NCBI GenBank assembly: GCA_964618905.1
Contig: CAZUDK010000001.1
Coordinates: 92,614-156,613 of the forward strand
Reading direction: 5' to 3'
DNA length: 64,000 bases
Source of the DNA: an uncultured Candidatus Saccharibacteria bacterium
Lineage (GTDB): Bacteria; Patescibacteriota; Minisyncoccia; Phycocordibacterales; Zambryskibacteraceae
This document shows, piece by piece, positions 37,350-45,586 of the stretch. The notes below the pieces were generated by a model, which did no database searches, was not told the DNA's origin, and saw only the letters and a list, made by a program, of their open reading frames with translations. The position numbers were made by a program, and so were the translations under genes. The stretch's first letter is position 1, and each line of letters begins with the position of its first letter.

Positions 37350-38048
37350 TTATCCGTTGTGATGCTTGCCGCTCATTTCTCCACGGAGCTTCTCAATGAA
37401 GCGCCCTGCTGCTTCCTGACCGCCAAGTCCAAATGACAATCCAAGTGCTAGAGAGAGTGCGATAACCACTCCGGTAAAGAGAGTCTGGCTAAATGCCGCT
37501 GCAATTCCGAGCTGTGAGAGAGCAACCAGGATAGCAAATATCCAGATAGCCCACTTAGCTACAGAACCTGCGAAGTGAGCAGAGCTTACGTCAGCTGTCT
37601 TTGCAGCTGCCACAACTACTCGCTCAGTAACATCGCCAATTACGCCAGCTACCAGAAGAACTAGTGCTGCCACGAGAACTCGAGGAAGATAAGCCAATAC
37701 AACTTCCTGAAGGAATAGATTGACCTGGCTAAGGCCGAGTACATCAAAAGCTGCAATAAGGAATACAACTATGATGAACCACTTCACAATACCGCCGACA
37801 AAAGCTCCTGAGTCTAAGCGAATACCGCCTCGGCGAAGAAATGACTCAAATCCTGCTCTACGAAGAGCGTCATCGACCTTTACAGAACGGAATACTTGCC
37901 AGATGGCTCTACCAAAGAGAGCACCTATCAGCCATCCGAGAATGACGATAATGATGGCTACGACAAGGTTCGGGACGAAATTAACGACTCCAACCCACAG
38001 GTTTTGGAATGAAAGAGTCAGTACGTCTCCCCAAGTGTTTAATAACAT
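37350..38048 (-). CDS. TM_helix-repeat membrane protein (CmpX / MscS-associated type)
   Basis: Two F/YxP.L..A...L..G repeats; LALGLSFGLGG. Confidence 0.8.
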   Translation of the reverse strand: MLLNTWGDVLTLSFQNLWVGVVNFVPNLVVAIIIVILGWLIGALFGRAIWQVFRSVKVDDALRRAGFESFLRRGGIRLDSGAFVGGIVKWFIIVVFLIAAFDVLGLSQVNLFLQEVVLAYLPRVLVAALVLLVAGVIGDVTERVVVAAAKTADVSSAHFAGSVAKWAIWIFAILVALSQLGIAAAFSQTLFTGVVIALSLALGLSFGLGGQEAAGRFIEKLRGEMSGKHHNG

Positions 38049-38191
38049 ATATTCTTGACTGAAATCGTGCTAAAAGCACTTAACTTCTAATTACCACTCT
38101 TAAAGGGGTATAAAATCATTATACACCAACGAAATTTACTCAAAGGCAAGCGTTTCTAAGGCTGTGGATATCCACTTTTATTTACAGGATG

Positions 38192-38749
38192 TCAAATACC
38201 TAATTTATTTAGTATCTTTTTATGAGAAAAATCGAGAATATCTCTTATAAGCTTGTCATATAAGCCAAGTCTGTATTTAAAATCATCAGTTTCAAAAGCT
38301 GCATATCGCAGTTCTTTGCCAAGCTCTGCTTCTATCGAAGATATGGCCGAAACTAAGGCTGTCTGCTTTATATTGTCTCCAGCTATGAGTAGATCTACCC
38401 TGCTCTCAAGGTCATGAATAAATACTCCGGCTATAACTACAAGTTTGATATTGCCGGCCTTGCTTAGCTTTTTTATGATTTCCTGCTCGCTTACAGGGGC
38501 AACGTCAATAAGAAAGCTCTCAAGAGCAGAAAGATTTGGGTAGGTGCTGTTTAGGGCATAACCCTTACTGGTCTTCCTTATAAGCTTGCCTTTGGATAGA
38601 GACCTGAGCTCTTTTCTGACTGTATTAGGGCGTTCCTTGGACCTTCTGGAAACTTCTTTTGGGCTGAAAGACTGACCTGGGTTGAATACAAAGAGACGGA
38701 TAATCCTGGCCTTGCTGTTCGTGCCGAATATATGGGAAGAAGATGGCAT
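38192..38749 (-). CDS. winged-HTH protein with a nucleotidyltransferase-like C-terminal domain
   Basis: FG...ARIIRLF..NP..EVSR...VRKEL HTH; GVF..VDLLIAGD. Confidence 0.7.
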   Translation of the reverse strand: MPSSSHIFGTNSKARIIRLFVFNPGQSFSPKEVSRRSKERPNTVRKELRSLSKGKLIRKTSKGYALNSTYPNLSALESFLIDVAPVSEQEIIKKLSKAGNIKLVVIAGVFIHDLESRVDLLIAGDNIKQTALVSAISSIEAELGKELRYAAFETDDFKYRLGLYDKLIRDILDFSHKKILNKLGI

Positions 38750-38792
38750 GGGCGTATTCTATCTGGACAGGAGAGAAGTTACAACCCAGCTT

Positions 38793-38912
38793 TAAAACAA
38801 AGAAAAAACAACAATTTCCTGTGCATGCAGTAATTTTCTGCTGAAAATTCTGCTCTGCTCACCACGCCGGGCTCCGCAAGGCACCATAAATTGTTGTTTT
38901 TTCTTTGTTTTA
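38793..38912. repeat. 25-bp perfect inverted repeat enclosing the conserved core (copy B)
   Basis: Arms 38793-38817 and 38888-38912; the core is homologous to 24214-24267. Confidence 0.8.
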
Positions 38913-39046
38913 CTTGAAGGTAACTTTGTCACAGATAATTTCCTCGCCGTAGCTCGGAAATTTCCGCGACTCCGCCTCGCGCCCGACTACTGCTGTAGTC
39001 GGACTGAGTGCGCTCCGGCCGTAAGACCTACCTAAATAAGCTCCGC

Positions 39047-39526
39047 TTATTTAAAGGTGGCCTTACCTCCTGCTTCCTCAATCTTAGCCTTGAGTTCTTC
39101 AGCTTCTTCTTTCTTCACATCAGACTTAAGCATAGATGGAGCAGCATCAACCATATCCTTTGCCTCCTTCAATCCAAGTCCGAGAGCTTCCTTGACCACC
39201 TTGATAACGGCAATCTTGTTAGCACCTGCGTCAGAAAGCTCTATATTTACCGTAGAACCTCCTTCTTCAGCTTCACCGCCGGCAGCAGGACCTGCAACCG
39301 CTACAGCTGTAGCTGAAACGCCGAATTTGTTTTCGAAGACCTTAACTAGCTCGTTGAGATCAAGCACTGACATGTTCTCGATTTCTTCAACAATCTTCTT
39401 GAACTTCTCAGGGACTTCTACTTCTTTAGTCTCTTCTTTAACTTCTTCGCTAGCAGGCGCAGCCTGAGTTTCTTCTTTCACTTCCTCTGCCGGAGCCTGT
39501 GCTTCTGTATTTGTTTCTTCTGCCAT
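39047..39526 (-). CDS. rplL: 50S ribosomal protein L7/L12
   Basis: [21 protein letters not shown]; acidic N-terminal extension. Confidence 0.96.
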   Translation of the reverse strand: MAEETNTEAQAPAEEVKEETQAAPASEEVKEETKEVEVPEKFKKIVEEIENMSVLDLNELVKVFENKFGVSATAVAVAGPAAGGEAEEGGSTVNIELSDAGANKIAVIKVVKEALGLGLKEAKDMVDAAPSMLKSDVKKEEAEELKAKIEEAGGKATFK

Positions 39527-39547
39527 AGTATTAATTTCAATTAGTAA

Positions 39548-40036
39548 TTACGATCGTGATTTAGCAATTTCGCTGAGAGCGACCGCTGTTCTCTGTATCG
39601 GAGAATTAATGATGTTGACAAATTTGCCACGCAAAACGTCAAGGCTTGGAATGAGTGCAATTTCCTCAGCTTCTGGCTTGGCGATATACTTGCCTTCAAA
39701 GACTGCTCCGAGGATATTCACTCCTCCGGCAAATTTCTTTTGAAAGGCATGCACCTCGCGCAAAGATGCTACAGGATCTTCACTCCATGCGAGAGCTAGC
39801 TCTCCCTCGAGTAGCGGCTTTTCTCCGTCAAATTTCTCGGCATCAAGAACCCTGTTAACAAGGTTCTTCTTGGCAACTTTGTAGGAAACACTCTGCTCTT
39901 TAAGAGCTTTGCGCATTTCTGTAACATCGCCGACTGAAAGTCCTTTGAAATTGACGAAAGCGAGCGACTTGGCGCGCTTTAGAGCCTCTGTCAAATTTTC
40001 AACTATTTCCTCCTTTTTCTGTCTGGTAATAGCCAT
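39548..40036 (-). CDS. rplJ: 50S ribosomal protein L10
   Basis: KEEIV..L, FKGLSV...R, VAKKNL, IPSL. Confidence 0.93.
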   Translation of the reverse strand: MAITRQKKEEIVENLTEALKRAKSLAFVNFKGLSVGDVTEMRKALKEQSVSYKVAKKNLVNRVLDAEKFDGEKPLLEGELALAWSEDPVASLREVHAFQKKFAGGVNILGAVFEGKYIAKPEAEEIALIPSLDVLRGKFVNIINSPIQRTAVALSEIAKSRS

Positions 40037-40135
40037 ACAATAAAAAATCGACCTAATAATATAAGGCCGAAAACGGAGATTTGTCTCGAGAGGACTTCTG
40101 GGTATTCCCTGCCCCTTGTCTTTGACCTTACGAGA
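40037..40135 (-). promoter_or_regulatory. putative L10 leader
   Basis: AAGAC-aagggg...tcctct-CGAG kink-turn-like pattern plus a hairpin and U run upstream of rplJ. Confidence 0.55.
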
Positions 40136-40190
40136 GTTACTTTACAGGAATAAAACTATTTTGCAAGAAAAAGCCCCGATATGTCGGGGC

Positions 40191-40511
40191 TTACGCAACC
40201 TTGCTGAGCATTGCGCTCCTTTCTTCGAAACTCAACTCATTCCATTGCCTTCCATTATAAAGAGGAGTGCTCAAACACATTCTACCTAAGACAAAGCAGT
40301 CACAAGAAAACCATTCATGATGCTTGCCTAACATCTTTGCAAGCTCGCACTCAGAAGAGTGGCCGAAAAATCCATGCGAGCTTGCTGGGCCGCCCTTGGA
40401 TACAAATGGGTCTAATCCGTTACATACTGGGCACCTTCCATAAGCAGACCATTGCAGTTTCTCAAGCATAGCGAGAGCTGCCGTAAGTGCGGCTCGAGTT
40501 TCCGCAAGCAT
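40191..40511 (-). CDS. Cys/His-rich hypothetical protein
   Basis: AGGAGG SD, CPVC and HxxxC, own terminator at 40168-40192. Confidence 0.6.
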   Translation of the reverse strand: MLAETRAALTAALAMLEKLQWSAYGRCPVCNGLDPFVSKGGPASSHGFFGHSSECELAKMLGKHHEWFSCDCFVLGRMCLSTPLYNGRQWNELSFEERSAMLSKVA

Positions 40512-40562
40512 ATATCCTCCTGTTTGTGGTCAGTTCTAATAGTAATTATACATATGCACAAC

Positions 40563-40587
40563 AAAAAATCCCTCTCGGGGATTTTTT
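40563..40587 (-). terminator. terminator directly after rplB
   Basis: aaaaaatccc-tctcg-gggatttttt. Confidence 0.7.
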
Positions 40588-40589
40588 AC

Positions 40590-41429
40590 TTACTTCTTTC
40601 CTACCTTTCTTCTCTTCACGATAAACTTGTTTGAATACTTTTTAGAACGGCGGGATTTCTGACCTTTGCCTGTAGGCTTGCCGTAGATAGAGATTGCTCT
40701 TCGGCGACCTCGGCCCTGGCGGCCTTCACCACCTCCATGCGGATGGTCTACCGGGTTCATAGCTGTACCTCGTACAGTTGGACGAATACCGAGCCAACGA
40801 GACCTGCCCGCCTTACCGAGTTTGATCAAGCGGTTCTCGGAATTTGATACTTCGCCTACAGTTGCCCAAGCGTTCTCAGGAACTTTCCTCATCTCGCTCG
40901 AAGGCATCTTAACTGTTACATAACCTCCATCCTTGGCCAAAACTTCTGCATAGTTGCCTGCTGAGCGAGCGATCTTGGCACCGCCTTTGGATTTAAGCTC
41001 TATGTTGTAAACCATAGTACCCACTGTGATGTTCTTTAGAGGCAAGCGATTGCCGGCAACGATAGGAGCATTTTCGGAGACAACGTAAGTGTCACCAACT
41101 CTAGCTTCTTTATGCAGTAGAACATATCGCCTCTCACCGTCTTTGTAAGCAACCAGACCGATGAATCCTGAGCGATTTGGATCGTATTCTATGGTTTTAA
41201 CTGTGAAAGGAATGTCTAGCTTGTTGTATGAAAAATCTACATCCCTATGAAGCCTCTTGTGTCCGCCTCCTTTGTGCCTAGTAGTAATGCGACCGAGATT
41301 ATTCCTGCCGCTTCCTCTCCTGAATCCCTTAGTCAGAGACTTCAAAGGCTTTCCAGCAGTAATAGTCTTCCTGTATTCAACAAGAGCTGTATTTCTTTTT
41401 GATGAAGCTGTCGGTTTAAATCTTTTCAT
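40590..41429 (-). CDS. rplB: 50S ribosomal protein L2
   Basis: IEYDPNRS, RSAG, AMNPVDHPHGGGEG. Confidence 0.98.
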   Translation of the reverse strand: MKRFKPTASSKRNTALVEYRKTITAGKPLKSLTKGFRRGSGRNNLGRITTRHKGGGHKRLHRDVDFSYNKLDIPFTVKTIEYDPNRSGFIGLVAYKDGERRYVLLHKEARVGDTYVVSENAPIVAGNRLPLKNITVGTMVYNIELKSKGGAKIARSAGNYAEVLAKDGGYVTVKMPSSEMRKVPENAWATVGEVSNSENRLIKLGKAGRSRWLGIRPTVRGTAMNPVDHPHGGGEGRQGRGRRRAISIYGKPTGKGQKSRRSKKYSNKFIVKRRKVGKK

Positions 41430-41450
41430 TTTATTTATGCAAATTTCGGG

Positions 41451-41744
41451 CTATATTATATCTATTTTGTCGCCCTTCTTTAGATATACATAAGCCTTTT
41501 TGCCTCCTCCTTTAGTTCCATGTTTGCCGCGTACAAAAACTCTTTTCCTAGGTATAGCAACAAGATTTACCTTAACAGGAACAACATTGTAAGCATTCTT
41601 CACAGAAGCAGCTACGCTTGCCCTGGTTGCACTAGGAGTAACTTCAAAGACATACGCATTATCTTTCTCTGCGGAGATTGCTGCCTTTTCTGTTATATAA
41701 GGCTTAAGCAGCACTGTATTAGGTTTTATATTCAAATTTTGCAT
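41451..41744 (-). CDS. rplW: 50S ribosomal protein L23
   Basis: P.ITEKA, KKAYVYL. Confidence 0.95.
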   Translation of the reverse strand: MQNLNIKPNTVLLKPYITEKAAISAEKDNAYVFEVTPSATRASVAASVKNAYNVVPVKVNLVAIPRKRVFVRGKHGTKGGGKKAYVYLKKGDKIDII

Positions 41745-41746
41745 TG

Positions 41747-42502
41747 CTATTTAGTTTTCTTGGACTTAGCTGTCTTAGCCTTTGCTTTTGCCTTCACTGT
41801 CTTCTTCTCCTTAGGTTCAGACTTATCAGCCTTTTTGCCTCGAAGCTTGTTGCCAGGCAGAGAATCAAGAGCCTCCTTAGGATTCTCGATAACCAAGTAC
41901 TTGTGTTCAAGAAGAACCAGAGGGTGAAGATTCCTAGCCTCAATGACCTCCATGTTGCCAAGATTTGCAAAAGACCTTTCTGCTTCCTTATTCTTGCCTG
42001 AGAGGGCTATAGTAGCAGAATTTTTCTTTTTTGAAAGAAGACCTTCAAACCCCTTTATCGAAGAGAGATTGTTTAGAGTCTCTACAGCTTCGCGAGTCTT
42101 TGGCTGCGATAGATCGAAAGAATCAACGAGAAGAATCTCACCGTCCTTGAGCTTGCGGGAAAGAATAGTATAAAGAGCCTTGGCTTTCATCTTTCTTGAA
42201 ACAGTGCGCTCGTAGTTCTTGTCATTGCGAGGGCCATGCGCTACACCGCCGCCTACCCAGATAGGTGATCTATTAGAACCGTGTCTTGCCCGGCCAGTTC
42301 CCTTCTGTCTCCATGGCTTTTTACCTCCTCCGCTTACCTCTCCGCGAGTTTTTGCATGAGCGACAGGCTTTCGCTTGGAAGACTGAAGCGAATTAGCAAC
42401 TTGATATACCAAATCGGCATTCCAAGGCAGACCGAAAACAGATTCCGGAAGAGCAATCTTTTCTACTTCTTTTCCTTCTTTGTTGTAAATAGATGTATCC
42501 AT
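41747..42502 (-). CDS. rplD: 50S ribosomal protein L4
   Basis: KPWRQKGTGRARHGS; Lys-rich tail. Confidence 0.97.
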   Translation of the reverse strand: MDTSIYNKEGKEVEKIALPESVFGLPWNADLVYQVANSLQSSKRKPVAHAKTRGEVSGGGKKPWRQKGTGRARHGSNRSPIWVGGGVAHGPRNDKNYERTVSRKMKAKALYTILSRKLKDGEILLVDSFDLSQPKTREAVETLNNLSSIKGFEGLLSKKKNSATIALSGKNKEAERSFANLGNMEVIEARNLHPLVLLEHKYLVIENPKEALDSLPGNKLRGKKADKSEPKEKKTVKAKAKAKTAKSKKTK

Positions 42503-42507
42503 GTCTG

Positions 42508-43128
42508 TTATCTAGCGGCTTTAATCTCTACCAGTGTTCCTCTTCTTCCTGGGATAGCGCCTTTTACCATTAGTTCTTCGGATTCTGGCAAAATCTTAAT
42601 GATCTTGAGATTTTTTACCGTTACTCTTTCACCTCCCATTCTTCCGGCCATTCTCATACCTTTAACCACACGTCCTCCGGCCCTACCGCCTCCGCCGATT
42701 GAACCCGGCTCGCGTTCAGAATGCTTCTGACCATGAGAGCGGCGGCCTCCTTTGAATCCATGTCTTTTGACTACACCCTGAAAGCCCTTGCCTTTCGACA
42801 CTGCTGACACAGTTACTGTGTCTCCTTCGGCAAATGAATCAAGTCCGATCTTGTCTCCAAGATTCGGAAGATCTTCACCTTCCTTAGCTCTGTACTCCTT
42901 CAAGACAGACGCATTGATGCCTTTCAAGTGACCGCGGAGAGACTTGGAAATATTCTTCTCTTTCCTCTCTCCGAAGGCTACCTGCACAGCTTTGTAACCA
43001 TCACGAGCCATATCCTTGACCTGAGTCACGGTCAAAGGCCCTGCGGATAGTACAGTTACAGGATGAGCAACGCCATTCTCATCGAAGACTTGCGTCATAT
43101 TTACTTTTTTTGCCAGAAGGAATTTCAT
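42508..43128 (-). CDS. rplC: 50S ribosomal protein L3
   Basis: SKGKGFQGVVKRH, PGSIG, MAGRMG. Confidence 0.97.
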   Translation of the reverse strand: MKFLLAKKVNMTQVFDENGVAHPVTVLSAGPLTVTQVKDMARDGYKAVQVAFGERKEKNISKSLRGHLKGINASVLKEYRAKEGEDLPNLGDKIGLDSFAEGDTVTVSAVSKGKGFQGVVKRHGFKGGRRSHGQKHSEREPGSIGGGGRAGGRVVKGMRMAGRMGGERVTVKNLKIIKILPESEELMVKGAIPGRRGTLVEIKAAR

Positions 43129-43149
43129 TGGATTTAATCAGTAGCCGAA

Positions 43150-43506
43150 TTACATCATCTTAACGTCAATGCTCACGCCGGAAGGCAGAGACAGATTCGT
43201 TAGAGACTCAATGATCTTTGGAGTCGGATTTATGATGTCTATCAGTCTCTTGTGCACCCTCATCTCAAATTGTTCTCGCGCATTCTTGTAGACGAAGGAA
43301 GAGCGGTTGACTGTGTATTTCTTTATCTCAGTCGGTAAAGGAATCGGACCTTGAACTTCCGCATCATAACGAAGTGCAGTGTCGATTATCTGCTTTACTG
43401 AGAGATCAAGAATTTTGGATTCATAAGCTCGAACCCTGATGCGAAGCTTGGAAGCTTCGCCTTCTTTGTTATTGCTCTTTTTTGTTGCTTTAGGTTTTGT
43501 AGCCAT
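43150..43506 (-). CDS. rpsJ: 30S ribosomal protein S10
   Basis: GPIPLPT, REQFEMRVHKRLIDI. Confidence 0.97.
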   Translation of the reverse strand: MATKPKATKKSNNKEGEASKLRIRVRAYESKILDLSVKQIIDTALRYDAEVQGPIPLPTEIKKYTVNRSSFVYKNAREQFEMRVHKRLIDIINPTPKIIESLTNLSLPSGVSIDVKMM

Positions 43507-43510
43507 TGTC

Positions 43511-43587
43511 GCTAGGTTCTAGGTGCTGGGTTCTAGGTGCTAGCTTTTGAATTCAAGCTAGAAGCAAGTCCCTAGCAGCTAGCAGCT
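43511..43587. repeat. head-to-head heptamer tandem arrays in the tuf-rpsJ spacer
   Basis: gctaggt tctaggt gctgggt tctaggt gctagct ... gctagaa ... cctagca gctagca. Confidence 0.75.
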
Positions 43588-43590
43588 GCC

Positions 43591-44787
43591 TTACTTAATG
43601 ATCTTGGTTACCACACCGGCACCCACAGTTTTACCTCCTTCTCGGATAGCGAAGCGGCGCTGCTCTTCAAGAGCTACTGGAGCCACCAGCTTAACTGTGA
43701 AGGTAACTGTGTCACCCGGCATAACCATCTCTACACCCTCAGGTAGAGTTACGTCTCCTGTAACATCGGTAGTACCGATGTAGAACTGAGGCTTGTAGCC
43801 AGTGAAGAATGGAGTGTGTCGGCCTCCTTCATCCTTCTTCAGGATGTAGACTTCAGCTGTGAATTCAGTGTGAGGAGTAATAGATCCCGGCTTAGCGAGA
43901 ACCTGACCTCTGTGAAGGTCTTCTTTCTTTACACCTCGCAGCAGGATACCTGCATTGTCTCCGGCCTGTCCCTCCTGAAGAGACTTGTTGAACATTTCAA
44001 TACCGGTAACAACTGTCTTTGTCGTATCTTTGATTCCTACAATTTCAACTTCATCACCAACCTTGATGATACCTCTCTCAATACGTCCTGTAACCACTGT
44101 TCCGCGGCCTTCAATCGAGAAGATGTCCTCGATAGGCATAAGGAATGGCTTGTCAGTATCACGTTGTGGAAGCGGAATGTAAGTATCAAGAGCATTTACA
44201 AGGTCAAGAATCTTCTGAGACCATTCGTCATCAATGCCTGTAGCCTCAAGAGCCTTGAGAGCAGAACCTCTGATAACAGGAGCATTTGCTCCGTCATACT
44301 CGTACTTAGTCAGAAGATCACGAACTTCTTCTTCAACAAGGTCAATAAGTTCCTTGTCTGCAACCATGTCGCACTTGTTGATGAATACTATGATCTTAGG
44401 AACACCCACCTGCTTAGCAAGAAGGATATGTTCACGAGTCTGAGGCATCACACCATCAGTAGCTGCTACCACCAAGATAGCGCCGTCCATCTGGGCTGCG
44501 CCCGTAATCATGTTCTTGATGTAGTCTGCGTGACCAGGGGCATCTATGTGAGCATAGTGCCTTGTATCTGTCTCGTATTCTGAGTGGGAAAGGGCGATGG
44601 TTATACCTCGTGCCTTTTCCTCAGGAGCACTGTCAATTGCGTTGACGTCCTTGACTGTAGCCTTCTTTCCGGCTCGGTTGAGCACGCTCAAGATAGCTGC
44701 GGTCAATGTAGTTTTACCGTGGTCAACGTGTCCGATAGTACCTACGTTGACATGCGACTTAGACCTATCAAATTCTGCTGCTGCCAT
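43591..44787 (-). CDS. tuf: elongation factor Tu
   Basis: [21 protein letters not shown]. Confidence 0.99.
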   Translation of the reverse strand: MAAAEFDRSKSHVNVGTIGHVDHGKTTLTAAILSVLNRAGKKATVKDVNAIDSAPEEKARGITIALSHSEYETDTRHYAHIDAPGHADYIKNMITGAAQMDGAILVVAATDGVMPQTREHILLAKQVGVPKIIVFINKCDMVADKELIDLVEEEVRDLLTKYEYDGANAPVIRGSALKALEATGIDDEWSQKILDLVNALDTYIPLPQRDTDKPFLMPIEDIFSIEGRGTVVTGRIERGIIKVGDEVEIVGIKDTTKTVVTGIEMFNKSLQEGQAGDNAGILLRGVKKEDLHRGQVLAKPGSITPHTEFTAEVYILKKDEGGRHTPFFTGYKPQFYIGTTDVTGDVTLPEGVEMVMPGDTVTFTVKLVAPVALEEQRRFAIREGGKTVGAGVVTKIIK

Positions 44788-45015
44788 AATAATTAATTCT
44801 TAAATTTAAGTTTTGTAATTTCCCGAAGCAAAGTAAGTGCGCGAGAACTGCTACTTACTTTGATTTAGGATTAAGCGCAGTATAGCAGCTTAGTTTTCCT
44901 TTATTGAGAAAGACTCAAAGATCATACCTAAGCCGTATAAGACGCTGGGGCTATCTTACAGAAAAAGCCCCAGGAGCGCAAGCTCCTGGGGTAATTGCTG
45001 CACAGCGGCCTAGTC

Positions 45016-45414
45016 CTAGGCGACCCCCCGAATGTTCTCCGGGACAATCATCTGGACATTCTCCGCTCGCATACCTCGCGGGGTCTTCTTAACATCGAAG
45101 GAGACCCTTTGACCCTTCTCGAGCTCCTCGATGTAATCAGGAAGAGCTGTCTGGTGCACGAACACGTCGGTGAGCTTCGGATCATCCCGCTTAATGAAGC
45201 CGAATCCCCGCCCGTTGCTGAACCATGCCACCGTTCCGAAGACTCCGATCTCGATGATCTCGGCCTTCGGATAAGGCGTTTCACCAGCAGACTCTGCGGC
45301 AGCCGGTGGAAATGAGGCAGCTGCGCGTCTCCCGTGACGACCATGGCGAGCTTCCAATTCCCTGAGCTGTTCCACGTCACCCCTGTCGCGCCGCCTCGAT
45401 TTCTTTTTGCCCAC
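45016..45414 (-). CDS. cold-shock domain protein with basic N-terminal extension
   Basis: GTVAWF..RGFGFI..DVFVHQT; GTG start at 45414 after AAGGAG; terminator at 44962-44991. Confidence 0.8.
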   Translation of the reverse strand: MGKKKSRRRDRGDVEQLRELEARHGRHGRRAAASFPPAAAESAGETPYPKAEIIEIGVFGTVAWFSNGRGFGFIKRDDPKLTDVFVHQTALPDYIEELEKGQRVSFDVKKTPRGMRAENVQMIVPENIRGVA

Positions 45415-45530
45415 AGTCCGAGCTCCTTGAAAGGGTTTAAGAAAACAGAACAAACTCCGGCCGATACCATAACACTCAGATGAGCTAAAATCAATGACCA
45501 ACGGGAAAACAGTTCGGATAGACAACACAG

Positions 45531-45556
45531 AAGCGCCCCGCATATGCGGGGCGCTT
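45531..45556. terminator. perfect palindrome after fusA
   Basis: aagcgccccgcat/atgcggggcgctt. Confidence 0.65.
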
Positions 45557-45586
45557 TGGCGGTCATCCGTAGTGTCTACGGGTATT

